From IMG/VR virus record IMGVR_UViG_2915066250_000005, positions 17,142 to 81,141 of that record: a stretch of DNA of 64,000 nucleotides; one strand, 5' to 3'. How positions within the stretch are numbered: the stretch's first letter is position 1; each line of letters starts with the position of its first letter. A model generated the notes under the pieces. The model was not told the origin of the DNA. It did no database searches and saw nothing but the letters and a program-made list of their open reading frames with translations. This document shows, one piece after another, positions 1-9,000 of this stretch. The stretch comes from a virus. Its lineage: Duplodnaviria > Caudoviricetes. A program made the translations under genes and the position numbers.

Positions 1-1422
1 AGCTATAAGGAGTGCTTCTTCATAAACATGACCTATTAATGTCGACCCCGCATGGAACTTTAAGAAATTAATAAACTCATCATCTCCACCAGTTACATCC
101 ATTAAAGTAGCTATCCACATATCCATATTATCCTTGCTTGGAGATATTGCAGTAATCTTCGTGCAATAGTAAGATGGGTCATGCACTTTTATTTCACTTG
201 TTTTTAAATCAATAACTCCAACAGGTGTATTTAAAATAAAAGCATCTGCATCAAGTTTTTCATTTTTAACTTCTAACAAAGACTTAGCTAGTTTTAATAT
301 TCCAGATACTTTTCCATGATCGTTCATTTTTTTAGCAAAATTGAGATATGCTTTTGCACTATTTACTTTTAACTTTGCTTGTGCTTTTTCTTCCTTATTT
401 CCCATCATTTCAGCATCAGCTAATTCTTGATAGCCCTCTTTAAATTCAATGCTTGCATTTTCTAAAACTTTTTTAGCAGTCTCCATGTAAAGACTCATTA
501 CTTTTAGTTCAGAATCTTCCCATTTCTTGCCCGTCCAATAAAGCCAGCCTTGAGATATAGTGTAGATAGCTTTATCTTTGTTATGCTTAGTAAAGATTTC
601 AGCCATTGCTATATCTGTAAGTTTCTCTGGCTTATATTCCTCATATCTTTCATTGTATTCTTCAGGTGGAACATAATCTTCACTTGCAGCTACCTTTTTG
701 TAGAACTTACAAGCTGACCTCCAGATTTGTTCTAGCTCCTCATCTGGAAGTGGCGGTGAGCAAAGGCTGGCTTTTTTATCAAAAAGTTTTCTTGCCTCAT
801 CTGTATTTCCATATCGAATTAAAACTCGTCCTGCAAAATGGTTCATAGTTGAATTTCTAGAGCCTTGCTGAATCAAGTCTTGAGAATTGTCAAAGTCCTC
901 AAAGTTATCTTTTAAAATATCAGTTACATATTTTCTCCCCTTAACTATTTCAACATCAGGATTCTTAACTCCAAAGAAAAATCTCGCTCCATCTAAGGCA
1001 TTGCCATCAAAGAAAGTATAAGTTTCTGACAATCTTTCTTTTATCCCTACATATTCGACTAAATTTGTGATCTTCGGGATTGGAAAATATATGTGCATTC
1101 TTGGTCTTGCGGGCTTCCCATGTTTTTCTTTATTGTGATTTCTACTGTAAACTAAGGCAAATTTCACTCCATCAAAAATCCTTTTTAGGTCATTAGCTGA
1201 GATCCATTCATCTGAATTTTCTGTATGGTCATTGTCTATATCCATGGGAACACATTCTGACTCTATAAAATTATCGTTGGATCGATAGGAATTTTTATAC
1301 TTAGCCATTACATGGTCAAATCTTGAAGCTTTCTCAAAAGATCTAACATCTACTGCATTAACCTCATTTGGATAAACACAGTTTGACTCCACTCCTATTA
1401 AGTTCGAGGTATATATTTTCAA
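1..1422 (-). CDS. Phage/plasmid primase, P4 family (3' end outside window)
   Basis: Not in ORF track; TTG start at 1422 with GGAGG RBS; translates MKIYTSNLIG...CVPMDIDNDH...RPRMHIYFPI...GSRNSTM...LDADAFILNTP, collinear with the primase at 56397-58634. Confidence 0.88.
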   Translation of the reverse strand, partial: MKIYTSNLIGVESNCVYPNEVNAVDVRSFEKASRFDHVMAKYKNSYRSNDNFIESECVPMDIDNDHTENSDEWISANDLKRIFDGVKFALVYSRNHNKEKHGKPARPRMHIYFPIPKITNLVEYVGIKERLSETYTFFDGNALDGARFFFGVKNPDVEIVKGRKYVTDILKDNFEDFDNSQDLIQQGSRNSTMNHFAGRVLIRYGNTDEARKLFDKKASLCSPPLPDEELEQIWRSACKFYKKVAASEDYVPPEEYNERYEEYKPEKLTDIAMAEIFTKHNKDKAIYTISQGWLYWTGKKWEDSELKVMSLYMETAKKVLENASIEFKEGYQELADAEMMGNKEEKAQAKLKVNSAKAYLNFAKKMNDHGKVSGILKLAKSLLEVKNEKLDADAFILNTPVGVIDLKTSEIKVHDPSYYCTKITAISPSKDNMDMWIATLMDVTGGDDEFINFLKFHAGSTLIGHVYEEALLIA

Positions 1423-1809
1423 TTAGGCTACCTCCTTTATATAACGAATCTTCATTTTTCTCTTCTCAGCAATCTTTATTTCTTCAGCCATTCCAGCGCT
1501 TATATGGTCACCAAAGACCCAGACTTCTTTACATTTTCCAAGAAGTACATAATTAAAATGCATGGCAAGCCTTCTCTCACTCTCATCACTCATAAATTGA
1601 GGAAAAAGTAGGTGTGGTGCTATAGGTATGTTTCCTTTATTTAAAGCGTATCGAGAGTACTTCTGTGCCTTGATGATATTATTTTCTACATCTCCAGAAA
1701 ATGGACTGCAGATATATACCAAGGGATAGTACCTCTTCTCTGCATTTTTAATTGCTTGATAAGGAGTGGGGTCCTTGCACCCACTCCTGTTATATAATTC
1801 TTTATTCAT
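1423..1809 (-). CDS. DUF4406-like (nucleoside deoxyribosyltransferase-fold) phage protein
   Basis: YICSPFSGD...PIAPHLLFPQF...LLGKCKEVWVFG; paralog of 58621-58998. Confidence 0.7.
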   Translation of the reverse strand: MNKELYNRSGCKDPTPYQAIKNAEKRYYPLVYICSPFSGDVENNIIKAQKYSRYALNKGNIPIAPHLLFPQFMSDESERRLAMHFNYVLLGKCKEVWVFGDHISAGMAEEIKIAEKRKMKIRYIKEVA

Positions 1810-2597
1810 TAGGCTGCCTCCTTAATTTCAATTAAAGGAACATAGCCTTCGGATTTTAAAAGATTGTAAATAAACAGTCTGCCTTTTTGTGTCCAGTAAG
1901 TGTGAATTTTTGTACCAACCTCTCCATTTCCTTTATTGAATGGATAAGTTTTTGTACAAGTATATCCTTCTTCAGCATAATCTTGATATAAAAGCCAGAT
2001 CTTGCCTTGCTTAAACTGAACCCCCAACTCATGAAGTTTCTTATTCATTTTTCTGGCAGACCAACCATAGTCTTTGGCAATTACTGTTATTGCTACAGCC
2101 TCTTTACAGGATAAGACAATATCGTAATAGGACGCCTTTGGTTTCATCTCTAAATTCTGCTGCTTTAGGATTAGCTTTTCTTGTCTTTCTCTTTTTAATT
2201 CTTCAAGTACTAAGATGAATAAATCTGGGTTGTCTAAAAGTTCATCTGTAGCATACATCCCATATCTTCTAATACTTGGTAAAACTTCGCTTGTAACCCA
2301 TCTTTTAAATTTTTTCGCTTGAGGTAATTTGCTAGATAGAATTAGGCTATATAGACCAGATTCATTTATAACAGCTGTCTTAGTTTGACCTTTAGGCACA
2401 TTCCCATTTTGGGAATCTGCTAAGTCTAACATTATAAATTGTTTATCCTCTGTCTCAACATGATTTATAACTGCCTTACTTGAGTTAATATAACCGAGAT
2501 TTTCAGCTATGTCTTTACCTACAAACCATGGTTCTCCATTAATTACCATTGTTCTTATATCTTTAAATTCGCTATTTCTAAAAATTTCTATGTTCAT
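1809..2597 (-). CDS. BRO-N / KilAC(ANT) phage antirepressor
   Basis: EPWFVGKDIAENLGY, INESGLYSLILSSKLPQAKKFKRWVTSEVLPSIR, C-terminal KPKASYYD...WTQKGRLF; start moved to ATG 2597 (GGAGG RBS). Confidence 0.88.
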   Translation of the reverse strand: MNIEIFRNSEFKDIRTMVINGEPWFVGKDIAENLGYINSSKAVINHVETEDKQFIMLDLADSQNGNVPKGQTKTAVINESGLYSLILSSKLPQAKKFKRWVTSEVLPSIRRYGMYATDELLDNPDLFILVLEELKRERQEKLILKQQNLEMKPKASYYDIVLSCKEAVAITVIAKDYGWSARKMNKKLHELGVQFKQGKIWLLYQDYAEEGYTCTKTYPFNKGNGEVGTKIHTYWTQKGRLFIYNLLKSEGYVPLIEIKEAA

Positions 2598-2607
2598 AAA
2601 GACCTCC

Positions 2608-4539
2608 TTAGTCTTTCTTATAAAATTCACTTTCAAATCCATCTGCATCGAGAATTAGTCCAGGTGCCCAGCTAGGAACTACGGACATGATTTTATTTAT
2701 TTCTTCAATGCTAGATGAATCACTTTCTATTACAACTTCGTCATGGATATGCATGACAATATTAAATCCATTTTTCTCAAGCCTCATCATAGCCTCAGCT
2801 AAAATATCTCTGGCTATTGCTTGAACTATGTTTTCTACAAATTTACCGCCGTAAGATTCTATCTTGTCCCATTTATTTCCTACTACTATTCCTTCATAGA
2901 CAATTGATTCTCCACCAAATCGATTAATCCCAATTTTTGCCTTTGGATAAGCAAGTCTTCTCTTTGAAGGAAGTTGTATAAAAAGAATGCCTTTCTCATA
3001 GCTAATAACTAGGCTCTTATATTCTTCTTTACTTCTAGTTTTTACAACTCTTTTTACGACTGCATCTATGTCCCACCAAAGACTTACTATATTTGGATTA
3101 GCCTCTCGCCAGGAATCGACTATTGATTGAAGTTCATCTTCAGATAAACCCATTTCAATACCACCCATTGCTTTAAGAGCACCTAAGGCCCCTTGATAAC
3201 CACAAGCTAAAGTCGCTATCTTTCCTTTTTGTCTAAGATGACCATTTACTCCATGCTTTTCAACTGGCACTCCAAACATCCTCGATGCTGTTCTGCAATA
3301 GATATCTTCTCCATTTTCAAAGGCATCTAGAACCCATTGTTCTCCTGCAAGCCATGCAAGGACACGAGCCTCTATTGCTGAAAAGTCTGAAATAATAAAT
3401 CTGGTGCCTTCTTTTGGTATAAAGGCTGTTCTTATTAATTGGGATAAAATATCAGAGGGTGATTCATATAAAATTTCCATAGTTTCGTAATCTCTATTTT
3501 TTACAAGACTCCTAGCAAGGTCTAAGTCTTTGAGATTATTTCTTCTTAAATTTTGAACTTGAATAAGCCTTCCTGAATATCTTCCAGTTCTATTTGCTCC
3601 ATAAAATTGGATCAGACCTCTTGCTCGATTGTCTTTTCCTTTTACATTTTTCATAGCATCATATTTTCTAACTGAAGACTTAGATAATTCTTGTCTAAGT
3701 TCCAAGACTTCTTTAATATCGCCTTCAGCATTTATAAGAGCAGACTCTACATCTTTTTTAGCTAAGGAATCTATCTCTAAGCCTTTCTTATTAAGCCATT
3801 CTTTTAACTGCATGGGAGAATTTGGATTTTCAAGACCAGTTAGTTCTATGGCTCTGTCCATATTTTCTTCTCGTAATATTTCATCAAATTTAATAGCTGA
3901 ATCAACTAAAACTTCATCAATTAAAATCCCTCTGTCATTGATGTTTTGATCTATCCAGTAGTTTTCCCATTCTAATTGAGGTAATGGAAAGGCTGATAAT
4001 TTTTTCTTTATAGCCATTTCTGTTTCAACATCTCGCTTGTTATATTCCTTAAAGGTAGACCACTTATCTAAATCATGATGTGGTAGATTCCTTGTCCTCA
4101 TTCCATTGGTCTTAGTTGGTTTGCAAGGAATGGAAAAATATCTAATAAGGGATTTTCCTTCTACCATTTTTTGTTTATCTAATTTCAAAACCTCTCCCAC
4201 TTTTTCTAATGACAAAGGGAGACCAAGATAGGCTGACCAAATCATAGTGCAGTACCAACCTTTAGGCTCTAAACGCTCTCCAAGATATCTAGACAAGCAC
4301 ACCCTTTCAAAGTTGGCATTAAAGGCCCACTTTTCTATACTTTCATCATCAAGTGCTGATAATATTTCTCCAGGAATCATCTCCCCACTTGCCAAATCTA
4401 TGACCTTAACTTCTTCATCATCAATAGAGTAGGCAAAGAGGAGGATTTCAAAATCCTCACTCTCGACATATTTGTATACACCACTTTTGCCTAAATCAAC
4501 TGAAGAATAGGTTTCAAGATCAATTGATATTTTCTTCAT
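2608..4539 (-). CDS. Phage family A DNA polymerase with 3'-5' exonuclease
   Basis: SIDLETYS exo motif, QVQNL, SDFSAIEARVLAW (motif A), RQKGKIATLACGY (motif B), HIHDEVV (motif C). Confidence 0.93.
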   Translation of the reverse strand: MKKISIDLETYSSVDLGKSGVYKYVESEDFEILLFAYSIDDEEVKVIDLASGEMIPGEILSALDDESIEKWAFNANFERVCLSRYLGERLEPKGWYCTMIWSAYLGLPLSLEKVGEVLKLDKQKMVEGKSLIRYFSIPCKPTKTNGMRTRNLPHHDLDKWSTFKEYNKRDVETEMAIKKKLSAFPLPQLEWENYWIDQNINDRGILIDEVLVDSAIKFDEILREENMDRAIELTGLENPNSPMQLKEWLNKKGLEIDSLAKKDVESALINAEGDIKEVLELRQELSKSSVRKYDAMKNVKGKDNRARGLIQFYGANRTGRYSGRLIQVQNLRRNNLKDLDLARSLVKNRDYETMEILYESPSDILSQLIRTAFIPKEGTRFIISDFSAIEARVLAWLAGEQWVLDAFENGEDIYCRTASRMFGVPVEKHGVNGHLRQKGKIATLACGYQGALGALKAMGGIEMGLSEDELQSIVDSWREANPNIVSLWWDIDAVVKRVVKTRSKEEYKSLVISYEKGILFIQLPSKRRLAYPKAKIGINRFGGESIVYEGIVVGNKWDKIESYGGKFVENIVQAIARDILAEAMMRLEKNGFNIVMHIHDEVVIESDSSSIEEINKIMSVVPSWAPGLILDADGFESEFYKKD

Positions 4540-4733
4540 TTATATTTAATTTCGTCCAATGATTGGATGCATTTATCAACAGTTCTTTGCGTTTCATCCA
4601 ATTGTTTCTCTATATCTCTATAAATTTCCCTAATCCTCTTTTGTGTTTCATTAATTTGAGCCTGAACATAGCCTAACTTATACCAGTAGTAGGACCATAA
4701 TCCCATCAAAATAGCTAAAATTATTTCTTTCAT
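4536..4733 (-). CDS. Small membrane-anchored coiled-coil protein
   Basis: Hydrophobic N-terminus then coiled-coil; GGAGG RBS; stop overlaps pol start. Confidence 0.6.
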   Translation of the reverse strand: MKEIILAILMGLWSYYWYKLGYVQAQINETQKRIREIYRDIEKQLDETQRTVDKCIQSLDEIKYK

Positions 4734-4744
4734 ATAAAATCCTC

Positions 4745-5296
4745 CTATGCTAAGAAATCTTCGTCATCATCATCCATTGCATCGAAGTCATCTGCTGCAT
4801 TAGACCTGTTTCCTAGAGGTTGACCATCTCTTAGCTTTTGAATATTTCCTAGCCCAACCGCTACGCCCTTATTGCCATTTACATTGTAGGCATAGAAGTT
4901 AAGAGATACTCTTGCATAAACTCCTGAGTAGACTTCACTTCTATCAAGAATAGGTTCTACGTTTCTATCTACAATTTGAGGTGCTGTCATAGAGTTGGCA
5001 TTTAAGAAGTATGCATCTGCATAAGTCTCATCATCTTTTTCTGTATCACCATCTCTTAATGGAAGTTTGATAGCTTTCTTATTTGGTTTCTTTCCATTAA
5101 ATTTAGAAAGTCCTTCTTCAATTGCAGCCTCTACTGCTTTTTCAATTTTCTCGATGGTCTTTTGGTCGCTCTTTGGGATAATAACAGATACTGAGTATCT
5201 TTCTTTACCACCATTGATTGACTTTGGCTCCCAAACATTCGCATAGCTTAATCTAACTTCACCTGTAATTACTTTTGTTTTATTGATATTTGACAT
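4745..5296 (-). CDS. DUF2815 family ssDNA-binding protein (T7 gp2.5-like)
   Basis: VRLSYANVWEPKS, PLRDGD, EVYSGVYARVS, LGNIQKLRDG, acidic tail ending FLA. Confidence 0.85.
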   Translation of the reverse strand: MSNINKTKVITGEVRLSYANVWEPKSINGGKERYSVSVIIPKSDQKTIEKIEKAVEAAIEEGLSKFNGKKPNKKAIKLPLRDGDTEKDDETYADAYFLNANSMTAPQIVDRNVEPILDRSEVYSGVYARVSLNFYAYNVNGNKGVAVGLGNIQKLRDGQPLGNRSNAADDFDAMDDDDEDFLA

Positions 5297-5297
5297 A

Positions 5298-6407
5298 TTA
5301 TTTACCTCCAAATTCTTCTTTAACATTGTCAATTTTTACTTCTTCTCTCTTGTCTCTAATGCTTACTAAAGTTAACTTCCCTTTTGGTTTTTCTAATAAT
5401 TCTGTAATATTTTCATCAAAGACTTTCTTACCTAGTAGCTTAGTCATTGCTGTAATGCCAAGTAACTTTTCTTCAAAGGGATTGAATCCAAGTTCTTTTA
5501 CTTTCTTAACTACTTCATCTTCATCTCGGTATTTTCTATTAGATCTGCCCTCAACCAGTTTTAGATCCTTCCATCTATGGCCCCTCATTGCTTTTTCTAA
5601 AGCATAGGTCTTGATATCTTTGACCCATTGTTCCAGTTCGTCTAATCTTGGTAGAATCTCTTCAATTTCATCATCAGATAATTCTGGTGGTATGGTAAAT
5701 TCTTCTTGTGCTAGTTTTAGGTTCTCTTCTGCTCTTTTCCTACATTTGCTCTTTGCTTTGCAGAAAATGCACCATTCTCCACAAGAGAATTCTCCCTCGC
5801 CTTTATATGCTTTCTCAGCAATCTCTCGTACGGTTTCTCCCCACTTATAAAGTTCTATCTTTTTAATTTCATAAGTTGATATATTGCATCTTCTTGGTTG
5901 ATAGATATGAAGAACTACTTTCTCGATATCATAAATTCCATCGAAGAGATTCAGAGCACCAAGTCCATATAGCATTAGCTGAGTGTTTTCTTTTGCATCT
6001 ACAAAAATATATCCGGTCTTTAAATCTACTATGTGGAGGTCATTATCACCTACAACTACACAGTCAGCAGTTCCAAATGACTCTTTAACATAGCCTGATA
6101 GGTCAAGTCTTTCTTCCACAAAGACGGCTGGGTTTTCGTACCTAATTATTACTTCAGTTACATATGAGGCATATCCCTCAGTTAACTCATTCATTTCTTC
6201 ATCATAAAAGTCCAAATCATCAGTAGGATCTTTGATATCTAAGCCTAATAACTTCTTTAGTTTATATTCTGCTAAGACATGAGCTGAGGTACCTTCAAGT
6301 GCATACGGACTAACCTCATCTTCACATTGTTGAGAAAGCCTAACGCTTGGTGGACAATGAATCCATCTATTAGAAGATGATGCTGATAGTATTGCGTGGT
6401 CGCCCAT
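5298..6407 (-). CDS. DUF2800 Cas4-like PD-(D/E)xK nuclease
   Basis: HAILSASSSNRWIHCPPS, FGTADC, IVDLKTG, QLMLYGLGA, WCIFCKAKSKC. Confidence 0.85.
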   Translation of the reverse strand: MGDHAILSASSSNRWIHCPPSVRLSQQCEDEVSPYALEGTSAHVLAEYKLKKLLGLDIKDPTDDLDFYDEEMNELTEGYASYVTEVIIRYENPAVFVEERLDLSGYVKESFGTADCVVVGDNDLHIVDLKTGYIFVDAKENTQLMLYGLGALNLFDGIYDIEKVVLHIYQPRRCNISTYEIKKIELYKWGETVREIAEKAYKGEGEFSCGEWCIFCKAKSKCRKRAEENLKLAQEEFTIPPELSDDEIEEILPRLDELEQWVKDIKTYALEKAMRGHRWKDLKLVEGRSNRKYRDEDEVVKKVKELGFNPFEEKLLGITAMTKLLGKKVFDENITELLEKPKGKLTLVSIRDKREEVKIDNVKEEFGGK

Positions 6408-6706
6408 TAGAGTTCCTCTACGTCTGCTACCAAGTCTTTATACTTACTTGGATCAATCTCAGATAACTTTTTAGCTCCATACTTTTCTAGGAGTTCTCTT
6501 ATCTTAGCTGTATGACCTAATCTTGATTTATTAGCTAGTATCTTTCTAACATCTTCAATCTCATAAATCTTTTCGTTCTGATTTACTTTTTCTTCCTTTT
6601 TAGGAACTTCTTCATCACTTTCCATTGATGCAAGGAGTACACCTATACTAGATACAAGATTCTCTGCATCTTCTTTGATTTCCATTAGTAGCTTTATTCT
6701 TGACAT
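6407..6706 (-). CDS. Conserved phage protein (often annotated rrp5-like) preceding DUF2800
   Basis: EDVRKILANKSRLGHTAKIRELLEKYGAKKLSEI; paralog of 27503-27841. Confidence 0.65.
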   Translation of the reverse strand: MSRIKLLMEIKEDAENLVSSIGVLLASMESDEEVPKKEEKVNQNEKIYEIEDVRKILANKSRLGHTAKIRELLEKYGAKKLSEIDPSKYKDLVADVEEL

Positions 6707-6874
6707 CTTTTTTATCCTCCATTTCTTTTAATAACTGTCTTGCTAATTTCCTCGCTACAATTGATATGGCATATAAGCTTGTCGCCATTTCTTCTTTCTT
6801 TTCCATGAAGATTTCCTCCTTCCTTAGGTGATAGAGGAGAGAACTAAATATAAGATTTAGTTCTTAATCCCTTC

Positions 6875-6892
6875 ACTAGCCCTAAGACAAAA
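6875..6892 (-). promoter_or_regulatory. Element-1 motif copy A (TTTTGTCTTAGGGCTAGT) heading replication operon
   Basis: Exact 18-bp match to 14308-14325; both followed by AGGGATTAA. Confidence 0.65.
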
Positions 6893-6896
6893 TCGA

Positions 6897-7409
6897 CTAT
6901 CTTGTTAGGTTATTTTTTAGAATTTCTTTATTTTTTTTAATACTCGTATTAATTTTCCACACAGAAACCCCTAAAATTTCAGCTAATTGCCTTTGAGTTA
7001 AATCTGTGTGAAAAACTAATTTCATAAGTTTTCTATCAAAATCTGGAAGTTTTTCAATTTCCTCTGCCAATGCTTCCAACATCAGATGTTTAACAGCCAT
7101 ATTTTCAATTTCCGATTCATAAAAATGATTAATATTTTTTCTTTTATCTTCCTTTTTCATTTTTTCTACTTCATGTAGAGGAATAATACTCACTCCATCT
7201 TCAGCCATTTCCTTAAACATTCTTTGGCGTCTTTTCTGATATTTACGTTCTTCTCGAATTGCCTCTAAATAAGCTTCTTTACTAACTTCTTCTTTGTATA
7301 CATAATAAGTTCCATCTTTTCTTCTGACTTTTATTAAGTCTTTTACATCCAAACCAAAATCTTCTGCTGCCTCTTTTGTCATAAGTGTTTCTAACCATCG
7401 TTTTTCCAT
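6897..7409 (-). CDS. Sigma-70 region-4-like (ECF/Orf7-type) transcription factor
   Basis: C-terminal LPDFDRKLMKLVFHTDLTQRQLAEILGVSVWKIN HTH; likely start ATG 7409 after GAGAGG. Confidence 0.7.
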   Translation of the reverse strand: MEKRWLETLMTKEAAEDFGLDVKDLIKVRRKDGTYYVYKEEVSKEAYLEAIREERKYQKRRQRMFKEMAEDGVSIIPLHEVEKMKKEDKRKNINHFYESEIENMAVKHLMLEALAEEIEKLPDFDRKLMKLVFHTDLTQRQLAEILGVSVWKINTSIKKNKEILKNNLTR

Positions 7410-7410
7410 T

Positions 7411-7554
7411 AAAAAAACCTCTCTTTGCCATCTCGTTTGAGATGCAAAAGAGGCGTTCAATTTGCTAGTCTTAGTTTTGTCCACGACAAATAACGGTAGC
7501 TGCATTGAAAGAGAAACTAATCTTTATCACTAGTTTCTATTCTTTTTGCATCTC
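7411..7554 (-). promoter_or_regulatory. Terminator/antiterminator leader upstream of sigma-like gene
   Basis: Hairpin 7418-7453 + U7 tract; upstream 11-nt GAGATGCAAAA complementary to the terminator 5' arm. Confidence 0.55.
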
Positions 7555-7681
7555 CGTATTCGTGGCCACTCATACTTTTGAGATTTAATATTTTCGTACC
7601 TTGCTGGTACACTTATATTTTTACACACTTCGGGCTTTGATAAATATATGTAAAATTACTCATCACTTTAAAAAAAATAAA

Positions 7682-7712
7682 TTGAAAAAATAAGAAAATT
7701 ATGTGCTATAAT
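7682..7712 (+). promoter_or_regulatory. sigmaA-type promoter with extended -10
   Basis: TGCTATAAT at 7704-7712, TTGAAA at 7682. Confidence 0.5.
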
Positions 7713-7765
7713 ATATTTAATGAGTGATTATTTCTAAATAATCAATTATTAAGGAGGAGTTAAAG

Positions 7766-8974
7766 ATGACCGAGGATTTATCTAGAGAATTTTTGACATA
7801 TTTTACATTTGAAAATGACAAATGTATCTGCGAAATTGAAAAAGTAGCTGATAATAAAACAAATCGTCTTGTCGAAAACTTAGTTGTAAAAAAAGTAAAA
7901 GAAAAAGATATTCCTGTGGCTTACTTTTATGGGGAAGGCTTAAAACTTTCTGATATAAAAGATAAATCTAAGAATAATATTCTTGGTGAATTTTTAGGCA
8001 TAAAAAAAGACGATTTATACACTTATAAATCGTTCTTTGAAAAATATGGATTTTTATTTACGCTAGATGACGATGATTTTTATAGCATAGATATCGATAA
8101 GGTTAACGACTTGAAAAATAATTTACTAGCCTTTGTTTTCCTTATGAATAATCAATTTGATAATTATCTGTTTTATAAAGTGAATAGTGTTCAGGAATTG
8201 CTTGATGCTACCTTATATCTAATCTTTAAAGATGAGTCCGAATTTATAATAGGTGACAAAGAAGTATTTACTATTAAAAAAAGCAAAGTTAAAACAGTGA
8301 TAGATGGCGCCAATTCACATAATGAAAGTTCACATAATATAAAACAAAAAATAGTAAATGGACAAAAGATAGAGTATTTTGAGATTAAAGATTTATTGTC
8401 TAAAAACGGAATCAACGAAATAGATGTCGAAACATATAATGATATAAAACTAGGAAATTTCCCACAATGGTTTAAAAATTTATGTAGAGTCTATAAAAAT
8501 AAAAGACAATTATTAGATGATCCAAAGTATAATATTGTGGTTGATTTTTTATTTCATTTTTCAACAGAATATCTCACATTTTCTCAAAGTGATATATCAT
8601 TAGAGGGGACATTTGAAGATAACTTATATGAAGACATCACAAAGGATAGAAAACTGTTAAAAGCCTTAATGGAAGTATCTAAAATTCTTTTAGAAGATGA
8701 ATTTGAAACAAATCTTTCCAGCGTAACACCGAAATTTAACATCAATGACATGAAACCCGATTGGAAATTGCCATCTTTGTATACTGCTCTTTATTTTTCT
8801 TTATTTTATATGAATAGTAAAGAAAATGAATTGAGAAAATGTAAAAATGACAACTGTAAAGAGTTTTTCCAAGTTTCCAGAACGAACTCCAGAAAGATAT
8901 ATTGTTCTCTTGTGTGTTGTAATGCAGTTGCACAGAGAAATTATCAGAAAAAACAACTTCAAAAAAAGAAGTAA
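7766..8974 (+). CDS. Putative regulator with C-terminal CGNR-type zinc finger
   Basis: LRKCKNDNCKEFFQVSRTNSRKIYCSLVCCNAVAQRNYQKK; divergent from sigma-like gene. Confidence 0.6.
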   Translation: MTEDLSREFLTYFTFENDKCICEIEKVADNKTNRLVENLVVKKVKEKDIPVAYFYGEGLKLSDIKDKSKNNILGEFLGIKKDDLYTYKSFFEKYGFLFTLDDDDFYSIDIDKVNDLKNNLLAFVFLMNNQFDNYLFYKVNSVQELLDATLYLIFKDESEFIIGDKEVFTIKKSKVKTVIDGANSHNESSHNIKQKIVNGQKIEYFEIKDLLSKNGINEIDVETYNDIKLGNFPQWFKNLCRVYKNKRQLLDDPKYNIVVDFLFHFSTEYLTFSQSDISLEGTFEDNLYEDITKDRKLLKALMEVSKILLEDEFETNLSSVTPKFNINDMKPDWKLPSLYTALYFSLFYMNSKENELRKCKNDNCKEFFQVSRTNSRKIYCSLVCCNAVAQRNYQKKQLQKKK

Positions 8975-9000
8975 GTTTATGCCGCTGCATTTACTTACTT
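8968..9000. terminator. Bidirectional terminator between convergent genes
   Basis: AAGTAAGT..ATGC-cgct-GCAT..ACTTACTT hairpin with A/T tracts on both sides. Confidence 0.5.

Noticed and set aside
6705-6806. Tiny ORF(s) upstream of the rrp5-like gene
   Set aside because: Only a 31-aa frame follows the RBS and an alternative frame lacks a good start. Real gene versus frameshifted remnant cannot be decided.
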